The position numbers were made by a program, and so were the translations under genes. From assembly GCA_964187785.1 (NCBI GenBank), contig OZ076411.1, positions 56,978,001 to 57,042,000 on the forward strand: a stretch of 64,000 nucleotides of DNA, in the 5' to 3' direction. Each line of letters opens with the position of its first letter. Position 1 is the stretch's first letter. The notes under the pieces were generated by a model. The model ran no database searches. It saw only the letters and a program-made list of their open reading frames with translations, and was not told the origin of the DNA. Shown here one piece after another: positions 52,010 through 64,000 of this stretch. The stretch comes from Amphiscolops sp. MND2022 (Eukaryota).

Positions 52010-52900
52010 TTATTAGGAAGGCCTGACTTGTATGGTTCTTTAATTGTTATTTAAACCATTTTCGCCATACTCCAAAAAAATCAGAGTTGGCAAAAGCAGT
52101 TTTTTTGTCAAATTAATCAAACAGACAATTATTTATAGTTAAAACATGTTATTTATGTTTTTTCATCAACCGAGCAAAAAAAGAAAGTTTCGAGAACTCA
52201 ATAAGACAAACAAAGTTCAACTCTTTTTTGAAACTTTTTCGTTGTATTGGCGATACAAAAAAGCCTGTTTTTCGGCTTTTCCGACTGCCGCTGGGAGCGA
52301 ACTTTCCGTAAGTTAACCGTAAGCTTGAGAAGTTTCTTTCCAGGCGATACGAGTATCCACGGCTGACACTAATCGCTCTGTGACATTCACAGTGGATTCT
52401 GGAAAACCCCTTTTCAACCCAATTTTCACAAAAATTTTCCAGTGGAAAGGCAATGTTTTACCGCGTTTTTTATTGATGATTAAAAAATTTTTTTACTGGC
52501 TGTTTTTGAAACAATGCTTCTGAACAGCCAACCTTGAATAGAAAACAACTGGACCACTGATTGTGAAAAGTGATTTGGAGTAAACAAAAGGAACCGTTAT
52601 CTCCGCAAAAAATATTTTCTGCCAAAAATTATTAAAGTGAAAGTTTCTCATTTTTTCAATCAGAGTTTAATGGCGTTGAGGCTTTCGTATGTCCCACCTA
52701 CTCTGGTTTCGTAAAGGCCTTTTTACTATGCCTTGGTGGGATGGGCTTTAGGTGGGACATTAAAGGATCGCATTATGCATGAGTTGAAGTGAAGGAACTA
52801 TTAAAGAACTAGTAGCCGAAATGTTAGAGAAATAAGTTCGGTGCCTGGTAGTAGGCGTTCGATTCCGAATAACGTGATATGTTTGAATATATTAGAAACT
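52010..52900. repeat. Dispersed repeat family (GTCCCACC / GGTGGGAC motif); related copies at ~53810-53880, ~57290-57500 and ~60260-60720
   Basis: For example GAGTTTAATGGCGTTGARGCTTTCGTATGTCCCACCWACTCTGGTTTCGTAAA at ~52662 and ~60450; GGAAGGCCTGACTTGT at ~52016 and ~60268. Confidence 0.8.
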
Positions 52901-55728
52901 AGAAAAACATTTTCAAAAATATTCACTCTGATTTCTCGATCTTGGATTTGTTTGTTTCGTTGACAGTTTACTCATACTATCTCGATGTTTTTCTCTACTA
53001 TTGTGGGCCAAAGAAAAAGGACGTTTGACAATAGAGTGTTGCCCTTCTTTTATTTTCTAAAAACGAGATTTAGTCTCCGATGATTATTTTCCTTTTAATA
53101 GGTGGGACCAATTATGTCACAGTGCAAAATTGCGTTTCTTTGGGCCAAAACTACTACTGAAACCAAGCAAGTCGAATCACAATCACATTGTGTTTCTTTC
53201 AAATCATATATCCACAATAGCGTTCTAAAATAAAAACGAAATAATAAACAATTTTTTTCAATATAGTGAAAATGAAGAAAAAACGCTAATTCGATGAAAC
53301 AGCCAGAACTTAGTATTGTCGCAGCAATTTCTAGAAATTCTAAAAATTTTGTAAATTATTTAAGTTCTAAGATACTTTCCCAGCTGACAATTTTTCGTTT
53401 TTGTGACCATTTCCAAGAAATTTGGACCTAACTGTTTCTACTTTAGGAAATGGAGTTGCGATGTTTTGAAACGATACCGTAGTGAAAAAATACCCATTGA
53501 TCACAATCACAATTTCTATCTGCGTTAAGTCAAACAATTTAGAGATTTGTACAGAAAATGATTTCTTGAATAAAAAAGTTGATCATCAAAAACAAAAAAA
53601 TATATACGAAAAGAACTAATCAACGAATCAATAAGTTTCGAGAGGGCTCGAGAGGGCTTATAATTTCTTTTTCGTATTTCTGTTGCAAAATTACAGGGTT
53701 TGATTTCAGGTTACTTGTTGTGTTGAGCACTTGCACTTTAGGCCAAATGGTTTCTTAGTCAACTTCAGCATTATGTGTACAATGAGGTTCCACTCTTAAT
53801 GTTGCAATCTTATGCCAGTCCCACCAATGCCTGGGAAAAGGGACCTATGTCTCATCAACTCTGGTTTCCTCAACACAAGCCACTAAGTATCTACATTTAT
53901 ATTAAAAGTCTCTTATTAATCAAGTATTTTTAATCAAGAGTTTCTGGTTGTGTTTTCTGCTTGGGGGGCTTGAAGATTGGTGGAGTTGAGGGCATCGAAA
54001 AGATCAGAAGATTTTAACTCGTTTCAACCGTTTTCAAAATGGGGCAGTTGCTCAGAGCCAGCACCAGTTGATATAGTGATACATATCCAATGATATCTAC
54101 AGGTTTGAAACGCAGAAAACACGCAGAAATGATAACTAAATAATGAATCCAATGAAAACTACACGAAATACATGAATTCGTTTTTGTTTGAGGGACTTTA
54201 AACTGAATTGGTTTATTTGTAATTTTCAAAGTTTTTAATTTCGCCAAATCGGAAAATGAATCGGAACTCTGATTGTGAAAAATGATTGGGACTGAAACGA
54301 AAGCTTGAAAAGTCTCAATTAAAAATGACCTAAAAAAATCGACAAATAGACGAATGTCCCCGAGATCCAGGGTTTCGAAAAATATTTTTAAATATTTTTT
54401 GGTAGAAACATACCTTTATGAATATACCTTGTGAGAAATAGGTTATTTAATTGAACGAAAAATATATTCATTCAATTTTAGCAACAACGCTAACAACATT
54501 TTTCTTTACCATGAAAGTTTGTTAGAATGTAGAAAGACATGTTTGCTTTGATCGTCAAGTACAGCTTTGCACAACTAAAGAGGCGCTCTACATTTTTGAA
54601 ATGCAAAACAACTCTTCTACAGAAGTTTTCAACAAAAAAAGTGTGTAAAAGTGTAAAATAAATAAAGTGAAAAATGAATACATTTTTACAACCCTGCTTA
54701 GAGTGCAATTTGTCTTCAGAAGTCCTTTCAAAATTTGCATACTGAACGGTGAACTGACAACGCTTAGAAAAGGCGGATTCCCAAATAACAAACACTATTT
54801 TTATGTCACTAAACAGAAAAATAAAAAAGTTCGCATGGATAAAATTCCGTTAGATCGATTGTTTAATTCGGAATTCGTTTTTGTTTTTGTGTTGCTATTT
54901 GTTTGAATCTAACTTCAGTTTTCAAATACTTATTGAAACTATTTTTGTTCTGATGAAAATTGATATGCTTTCGAGCCTGGTAATTCGCAAATTCTCTATT
55001 TTTGTCGCAAAGAACTTTTCAATGTTTAAAGTTTTAGGTTGTCTACTTTTTGGAATCCCACCTCTGTTTGATTAAGTGGATGTTAATTCAAAAACAGTGC
55101 TGGGGAACTTCGAATCTTTGAATGATAAAAAAACTAACTAACTAACCAACATAAAAGGAGTTGGGTCACCAACAGGTTACTCTCTGTATAACATTGTAAG
55201 AAAGGAAGATAAAGAAACAAGATAAAAGTAATTCCCGGGAATCAGCGTTGTGACGTTATTTCTCGCAAAAATAGATTTACTCGGACAAAGCGGCTAATCG
55301 TAAAAGACGTGTTAAACATATGTTATACAAGTAACTACAGTAGTAACTACAGTATAACAGTAGTAAGGTAAGTGAAGCATTCTCATCACACGGCGTTAGT
55401 TTTTCCCGAGTATAACAGTATGCAGGCAGCATGCGATAGCCATTAGCGTGTTATTGCACCAAGCTCGCCGGCAACCATTAGCAACTTACAATAGCAAGGC
55501 AAGCGAGGCATTTTCATCAAACGGCGCGTCTTTTCTAAAATAGTTTCAATCTCTTACAAAATGGGGACAGCTGCTCAGATATCTAGAGATAGACGACAAC
55601 AGATACTTACCTGATGGACTTCGACTTCATGGAGGAAGTCGACTATTCTGTCACGGTGGAGCGTCCGAGTGTTTAACGTCGGTGATCTAACAAGCGGATG
55701 CTGAAGCTCTGAGCAATAGTCTTTTATA

Positions 55729-56241
55729 CAGGGCCTCCGTGAAAATAATTGCATTGCAACTGTTTTCAATAAATACAATAACTACATAATTTTTTTGGCA
55801 TTTCTGTAGGGCAATAATTTAATTTCAACGGAACTTCAGGGAAACAATTGAGGGACTCAAATGCACTTATTGTTTAGTTTATTGGCAATTAGGGGTCCGC
55901 TTGATTTCAATAGTGCTTCATGCAGCGGTCGCCACAAAGCTAGCGCTCTCAGCCAACTCGGAGGGCGAAACTCACTTTCGGCTATCTTCGCCAAGGTCTG
56001 TCACCAATACATCTCGGACCGCAGTCATTTTTGTTTCTAAATAGAAATTACTGGGATGCTCAATTGGTGTCGAGAGTTGTAAATCGTAAAAACAATGCTA
56101 AATAACTGTTTCAATATAAATGATTGCAAAAATTTCTTTTTCGAACCAAGTTACGGAGATTATTGATTGATGAGAGAGGAAAAAAGGAATAATTGAGGGG
56201 AAGACTTCAATATTATTGCAACTATTTTTACGGAGGCCCTG
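55729..56241. mobile_element. hAT-like MITE (513 bp)
   Basis: TIRs CAGGGCCTCCGTGAAAATAATTGCA / TGCAACTATTTTTACGGAGGCCCTG; 8-bp TSD not conserved. Confidence 0.7.
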
Positions 56242-59200
56242 CCCTAAATGGGGTAACTAACTAAATGGGGTTCAATATATATAAATGCAAAAAACATAAA
56301 AATGAATCAATTCCCAGAAAGTTCGGTTCTGAAGAAAAAATTCCAAAAAATTGCTATATTTTTTCAATAGTAAAGTGTTGTTTCGTAGACTGAGTTCAAC
56401 TTCAGTTTTGAACAATTTTTCGAAAGATAAAGGTTTTGATTGAATTGATGAAACCAATTTTGTTCCAAATGCACTGGAGTAAGACTATTCCGATAGTCAT
56501 CGGCTGTTTGATAGTTTTGTATCATCATAGCTATTTGTAATCTCAGGTGTTAGTTGTTTTTTCTCTAAAAACACAGATTTCAGATGTCCATCTCTATTCA
56601 CCGTATTTCGAAACCTAAACTAAGAGCAGTTTTGGCATATTGTCTTTTACTTCTAAACTGAGAAGTAATACACTCGATTCTCTAATATCACTAACTTAGA
56701 AGAAAATTGTGATTACTGACTTAGTTTAATTGGAAGTAAGGTTACTTGGTCAAGTGCAAGAGGTTATTTCAATTAATTCTTTATGGTTACTTGGGTGAAA
56801 GGACAAAACAAACTTTTAGAAAACAAAGCAATGTATAGATAAAAGATAGATTAAAGTAACGAAGTGTTTTGTCAATGATCTGTCATTGATCAATCATTCT
56901 CCTAACACTGGTCGCAATACACCATCAAAATACCTTCCCATATCAAATTACCTATCAAAATAACACATCAAAAAGTCTAAACACTTCCTACAAAGTATCA
57001 GAATGCTGCTCTGTGCTGTTTGTGGAGAGGAATTACTCAACTTAATTTGGTGGCTTCATGCGAAGCACGCTATATGCCGTGAGTGCCGTAAGGCTTAGAT
57101 CAAAGTCCTCGAGAGGTAAGATTCACAGAACCTCGCTTTTGAAATTTTTAGTTGAAGCTGAAGTCGTTTTTCACTTCAAAAGTTTCAAATATATTTACTA
57201 ACCAAATTCCAAAGGCATTCGTCATTTCAAAGATAGTTTTTTGATGCCATGAGCTTAGTCCTTCTGAATAACTTTTGATACGTTTTGCAAAGCAGAGTTA
57301 GTGGGACATAGACCCCCTTTTTCACTAGGTTTAGGTGGGACAGGCATTAGGTGGAACATAAAAGATGGGACGTCCAATTAGACAGTGAAAACTGATTGAA
57401 CTTGGCAAAGAAACTACTTGAGCCAACCTTCCACCAAAAGCTTAAAATAGGAACATTGGCCTCGTTTTCAAACAAAACCATGAATAAGGAAATTTGAACA
57501 AGAAGCTGAAAAGAGAAGAAACGTATTCATGACTTCGGTCAAAAATTATTCATTTAGTGTCAAACAGGCAAACCACCACTGACCACAGCATCATTTGGGT
57601 GAAGTGTCCTTAATGTAGAAATTGTCCTTATTGTTGAATGATTGTCTGCTGGGAATTTGAGGTTCAGTACACAAGCGTTTACGAAACGAGAGTTTATGAA
57701 ACAGTTTCAGTCGAACTGATTCAGTTTATTTTATGTCTATCTTCTGGGCTCTGGACCGCACTCAAACCGCATTTTTTACGGATCGCATTAACAATACTCA
57801 ACAATTTTTTGTAACCCTAAATTTGTGCAATTTTCTTTGTCGCAATTTTCGTTTTTTGATAAATAACCTGCCAATTTGAGTGATCAGCTCGACCATTATT
57901 GTTCGAAAATTGGAGATATTAATGTTAGAGCATGCTTAAGATCTTCATAGTCTCCACTATTTTGCCTAAAACACTGCACTGTGATTGGTCAAGTTTATGA
58001 TTGCGATTTCTAATTAAATTAGCCTGAGCCCAGTTTATCTTGTATATACATTTATCTTGTATTTTGCAAAAATATGGATTTCTTTATTCAAATTTAGTCT
58101 AGTGCAAAATTTTTTTCTCGGAACCTATGTAAACAGAGAATGCTTGCTTTTTGAATTCCGAATTTTTTCAAAAATACATGTAATAATATACGGTTTTGAA
58201 TTATAACCACTTAAAACAACCTCGTACTAAGACAATTTACAATATTTTTGCGAAAAAATTATGGTCAGATTCAAAATATTTGGGAGAATTTCTCCGTAGA
58301 AATTGGCTTGGAAAAAATTCAAAGTTGGTCAAAAATTCAAAAAACTAAAAAGTGATCTCTTGGAAAACGCTCTCGACCAAGGAAATGAGCTCTTGAGACA
58401 GACGTTGTTTAGCCATTGAAAGTCTGATTGCACGCACACTTTGTGTTTTTTCGTTTCAAGTTTCAACCTATTCAGTTATAAAAAAAATAATTCATTACAA
58501 TAAACTTGTTCAATCACGAATTTTTTTCAGTAAACTCAATGATCGTAATCAGAATGACAAAACTCAAGCAAAAATTATACGGCTAAAATTTTGTGTGTAT
58601 GTCCCACCGATGCTCGTATCTAATTTTTCGTGTATACAAACTGTCCTCTAGATTATTATTCTGAAACATGGTTATTAGAAACACTCTAAAAAAAAGATAT
58701 TTTAAAAAAGATATTTCCAGTAGAACTGTTTTTGCATTTTGTGACAGTTTTTGCGAAAATTGCAATGTCATTGCTGCTCTCAAAAATTGTTTCTATTGCG
58801 CGCTGAGGAAAAACAATTATTTCGACCAAAAATACAAATACGTCCGAAAAAGCGTGGTTGGAGTAACCATACTGCACGAGGAAGTGGGAAAAGACATTGC
58901 TCTCAATACCGCTGGATTATTTCTATTGTTTAATCACAGTGTAATTTATTTCAGGAACCATATCGGTGGCTCCTATCGTGCTTCGAAACACCATTTCATT
59001 AAGCAACTAGTGTGAGAGCAATCTTTCGCGCAACCGAGTACTCCAACAAGACCTTGAAATATCTGTTCTTGTTGCATTCAAAAGAACGCAGCTGCGCAGT
59101 CAACGCTTTTTGTGGTGTTATAATGCATTTTGAAGCAAGTAGAACCTAAAAGAGTGCAGCAACATTTATTAGTACATTCGTAACCACCTCGTTTTTGTAT

Positions 59201-60259
59201 AATTTCTGCATTTAAATAAATTAATTTAGTTCTCTGAAGAATATTGCGTCAAATTCACGTAAACATTAACATCAAATTGTTCATGATTACGTACCGGAAA
59301 ACATATAACATAGCAATGACAAAAACTAAATAAGATTCAGTTATCACGAATAAAAATAGTTTCATAGACTGTATTTCTTTGAATAGGAGTCGCCCCCAAA
59401 TTTAGGCCGCCCCCGATTAGAAACCTCTTCAAGCTTGAAAATTTTATCCTAAAAGCCATAGCTTACCGTATTTCTTCGAATATAAGCAGCAAAATCACTG
59501 CAAAAAACGATAAAAGAATTACGGTAATAATAATGATTAGGAACCAACAAACATATATGTAAGAGCAAATAGCATAAATTAGTTCGTTGAATGGGAATAA
59601 AAAAGCAATGTGATTGGGCATGAAATTTTCATTCATTCATTCTCAACCTACAGCTAGCTTGTTGCAAAGCTGGAGGATTGAAAATCATTGAACGACGGAA
59701 AAGAAACGCAATGTGATTGAGCATGCCTTTGGGATTAGCGTACATGTAACGAGTAGCGTTCTACAGTAGCGTTCTAGCATTCCGCAACTCAATTGCCTAA
59801 AAATGCAATTTTCAAATCTAAATACCTTGAAAACTGTCACCAATACAAAAACTTGTCAGCCGTTGATTGAAATAATTGAAGTTTGAAGTGTTTGCAAATA
59901 TTGCATTCTTTTATTTAGATTACAAACAGATAAAAGGTAATTATTTTTGCGTGAAATCTTATTGCAATATATTTTTAGGTCCCCACCAAAATCAACAAAC
60001 TAAAAGAAAATGATACTTAATAGGTGTAAAATGATTGAATTTTCAAGGTTCAATTTCATTTTTCAAATCTGAGGAACTGAAATCAGAGTCATCGTCTGTC
60101 ATTTCCTCTGGCTCTGAAACTTCTTCGAAAAGAAATCAATTGCAACGTCATTTGGAGATTTGAATTTTAGATCAAACGTCATGTCAAAATTTTGATTCTG
60201 AAAAAGAGGTCTTCGTTTTTTGATCGTCGTATGAGCCTCCTCCTCAAACTTTTGACCAC

Positions 60260-60720
60260 CAATATTTGGAAGGCCTGACTTGTGTGTAATATCAAATAAA
60301 AATTAAACGATTTTTGTCATACTCTAACAAATAAAGTGGACCATTGGTGGTGAAAAATGTTTTGGACTAAACAAAAGGTACCGATATCTCCGCGAACAGT
60401 ATATTCTGCCAAAATTTATCAAAGTGAAAATTTCCCAATTTTTCAATCCGAGTTTAATGGCGTTGAAGCTTTCGTATGTCCCACCAACTCTGGTTTCGTA
60501 AACGAACTAGAGTTGGTGGGACAGACTCCTTTTTTATTTGGCCTTGATGGGACGGGTATTAGGTGGAACACCGCAAGATGAATGAGTTGAAGTGAGTGAA
60601 TTCAAAAGGAGTTTGAAATAACAACAACGAAATTAATTTCACTCAGCATAAAATTAAAATATCGCGAGAAAGTTTGTTTTAGTTTCCAAAAGCCATCTCA
60701 ATTCAAAATGTGAAACATTA
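60260..60720. repeat. Second long copy of the GTCCCACC repeat family
   Basis: Aligns with 52010-52080 and 52550-52900. Confidence 0.75.
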
Positions 60721-63225
60721 AAAAGAAAAAAACTGCGCCTTTCTAGGGTGGATTCCCGATTAACATGAACACTAGATAATCTCACTAGCCAGAAAAATGA
60801 AAATTTTCACATGAGCAAAATTAGCTGAGTTCGATTGTATGTTCTGGAATTTGGTTTTGTTTTTATGTTCATTTTGATATGAATCTTTTTTCATGTTTTA
60901 AATGTTAATTGGGAATACTTTCGTGCTGATAAGTATTTCTCTGTTTTCGAGCTTGATAGTTCGAAAACATCCTGTTGTAACATTTCTCAATTTTTGTCGC
61001 AGAAAATTTTTTAAAACACCAATAAAAACTAGATGAAAGTCTGAGAAACATTTACCTGATTAAAAGTTTTTTACTAATTTGAAGAGATCAGAGCCCAAAC
61101 TTTGAACTCTGATTTCTCGAAATCTTTAGACGAAAATGTCCCGCGTGCGAAATTAGGCCCTAAAGTCGCCCGCTGGACGATTTAGTAGTCACACTACTGC
61201 ATAGGCCAATCAGATGACTAGACAGAATACGAATCTATTTCGTATCACATTCCGTTTTTTTTAAACGTACTGTACTTGTACTTCGAGTTAAGCAAAGCGA
61301 ATCTATCCTTTGATTACGTACCAAGTAACATAAGGGCAAATAACACAAAAACAAAATTAGTTTCCAATAACATAAAAATGACATTGCATTCAAATAACAT
61401 TTTAAAAAATCAATTACTCGGCTAAACATTCGAACAGTCAAATAAGATAAGAGTAATGCCGGGAATCCTCGAAATTCTTGAAAGTAATCTGTAAGCTAAG
61501 ATTGAACCCATATTTGACAAAAATTTTGAGATAATTGGTCGTGGAACGACTCGAAAATCAGAGGAAATATAATAAGTTCAACGAAGAAAAATAAGTTCAA
61601 CAAATCTGAATTTGAACTCAAATCAGTTATACAATTTTTACAGTACTTGTCTTCGCGAATATTCGTAACCGCAACGTGCTAATTAAAGGTCATTAACAGT
61701 TCGGGGAAGGTGCGAATTTGCTTAAGCAAAACTTGTAGTTGTGACGTTATTCTCTGCTGCTACCACACAGCCATCACAAGTTGTATACATGTAACTGTAG
61801 GAAACGCTCTTTGATAACTCATCAGTGATAGGCATGCTATTGTACCTGCTTCTGGTAAGCAGCTTCACAACTCTGAAAAAAAGCGCCGTGTGATGAGCAT
61901 GTAAATTTCAGTTGCAGTTGGAGATTCTGAATTCCCAAGTAACATTATTCGCAACCAGAGATGGTGGGACCTTTGGTTCCTAATCGTTGGATATACACTA
62001 CTGTGATTGAAGAACGGAACCTCTGTTCGGTAATTGAGTTTGGAACGCATAATGATTTTGCAAATTCCACGAAACTAATCAAAATTTTCAAAATATGATA
62101 GAATTAAAAATACATGTGAAGCACATGTAGAACCCGTATTTTTAGAGCAGAAAAATTGAATGAAAAGATATCAGGAGTTTGAAAACCACTTGGAACGAAT
62201 TTAAAAATATAAATTAACATAACTGATTCCCTCCCCCACTCAGTAACCTTTAAAGGTTTTAACACAACCCCCATAATCAGCGATGAGTTTCAGTGGTAGC
62301 TGGAATTAAGTTTCACGTGAATGAGAACAAATTTTGTCGGGCACAACAAACAGCTGAACTTGCAAATCTCAACGAAATGTTTTTTTGCCCCGTAAAATTT
62401 TGTTTTTAAGAGGCTCTCAGTTAAGGGATCACATAGTGTCGCCCATAACAAGACCCACGCCGAGAACGTGACCTCTGGAGGGTCTCAATAATCAAGGTTT
62501 GCAAATTCTATCACAAAAATATGCTAACTACCAGAGCTTCCGAAATTTTAAATGGGATCAAACGTTTCAATTAATTTGAACCAAAATGAAATAATTGACA
62601 AATAAAAACTTGCAAACTAAATATCAATTAATTCGCAATTGTTGAAGCAATAATTTCGGTAATAGGTCTTCCATCCCAAAACAGTCTGTTCATCTTCAAA
62701 AATTTCAAGATTCATTGGAAAAAACTTACCTTAATCCGTTCAAGGCCTAATCCGCAGTAGTAAAGAGTCTTTCCGTATAATTTGAGGTCGGCAATATGAA
62801 AACAATATCAATATAATCAGACAGGTTTTGTGTTTTCCGTTTTTTCATCATTATTTCTAGAGTGCGTCACAATGTCAAGCATCATTCCAGGCAACAAAAA
62901 TCACAAACAATTGTCAAATTTACAGTCAATTACCTGCATTTTGACCTCCCTAAAATCCATTGATTGCACCCTATTAATTGCAAGTGATTAATTGCCAGTT
63001 ATTTAATCGAAAGCCCTGCTAACTGCACTTTTCGATTGAGTGTTTAATTTAACTACAAATATTTAATTGGACAAAAAACTATTTACAGGTAATCTACAGT
63101 AAGGACATGCAACAACCGGGGGTTCTCCATTTACAGTGGGGGAAATTTTGTATTAGAGAGCAGGAATGTTCAAATTGAGAAAATTACTAATAGTTGATCT
63201 TGATTTTTAGTTTCTAGTATAATTA

Positions 63226-63460
63226 CTAGTGCCCTAAATGCAAAAGCGGAGCGACTTTCCGAATGGCCATGCCTCAATGTTGCTACTTGGCGACGTGCCA
63301 TATAGTTTTGTTCACTAACGAGAAACCAGCAATAAGCATTCTGATTGGTTGAAAGTAGCAATGCGATGTGATTTCGAGTATTTCCAATGAAATAGCAACG
63401 CGGTGTGACTCCGAGTTTTGTCAAATGTTTTGTATTACATTCGAACTTCTATATTATATA
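63226..63460 (-). mobile_element. Short non-autonomous Helitron-like element
   Basis: Minus strand ends GCATTTAGGGCACTAG|T after a GC-rich segment; the same end is seen on the plus strand at 51001-51077; 5' TC not evident. Confidence 0.4.
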
Positions 63461-64000
63461 TATCTACGGTAAGAATGAGAAAAAACGTTAATTCAGAATT
63501 TACGTTATAAAGGAGGACAGTTATAAATTGAACTTGGGAAGACGGTGATTCAAGTTGTTTCAAATTTATTAACAATAGCGAGTTTTACCTTATCATGAGG
63601 GTACAAGAAAGTAAAGTTAGACAGTGTGTTTGATTCAATTTTACCTGGTGAATTCCCAACTAACACAAGAGCAAATAACATAAACACTAAAGTAGTTTCA
63701 AATGACATGAAAATGAAAATAGTTTCACTGAACAAAAACAAAATGGTTTACGGGGTAGTTTTAGTGGTCAAAAGCGTTCACAATTCAGTAGATTCACTGA
63801 GAAAAATATCAAAAACACTGATAAAGTTTCGTGAATTCAGTTGCTCAACCGGGTATTTGGTTTTTTGCATGTAATATGAAACTAACTTCATTTTTATGTT
63901 ATATGCAGATAACATAAAACTGAAATTAGTTGATCCCATGGAAATATTTTTGTTTTAATTTTATTTGCTCTTAGGTTATTCAGTACGTGATACTTTTACA

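Noticed and set aside
60040-60260. Acidic minus-strand terminal exon (EPEEMTDDDSDF)
   Set aside because: Needs a frameshift and has no supporting partner exons; too weak to call.
62727-62800. Minus-strand exon IADLKLYGKTLYYCGLGLERIK with GTAAGT donor
   Set aside because: No acceptor AG between the upstream in-frame stop and the frame.
49462-64000. Short Phe/Lys/Ile-rich ORFs (for example 49462-49869, 54490-54795, 58668-59015)
   Set aside because: Low-complexity translations of AT-rich repeats with no motifs.

Overview
AT-rich, repeat-dense eukaryotic (animal-like, intron-containing) DNA with no prokaryotic features and no confidently intact host gene. The retroelement proteins resemble ones I associate with acoel worm assemblies, which I cannot verify here. 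1-39.6 kb: a near-identical duplication (1-10835 = 22308-33217) carrying an internally deleted hAT element and the 5' half of a decayed plus-strand Ty3/Gypsy element (Gypsy-A). The gag region of Gypsy-A is amplified into five ~1.15 kb tandem units. Between the two copies lies a younger minus-strand Gypsy element (Gypsy-B) with an intact -1 frameshift site and integrase DDE triad. The main finding is a spliced gene (two GT-AG introns that join three frames) antisense to Gypsy-B, just past its integrase, which by eye resembles a degenerate hAT transposase C-terminal half; Gypsy-A has a decayed antisense cassette in the same position. 40.8-49.3 kb: a block of decayed or unknown genes, including a frameshifted PR-Set7-like SET domain, a possible tyrosine-recombinase fragment, a 380-aa orphan ORF between repeat modules and a three-exon pseudogene. 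49.4-64 kb: mostly non-coding, with Helentron/Helitron-like elements, MITEs, a tRNA-like remnant and dispersed repeats. All protein assignments are by-eye motif recognition, not database hits.
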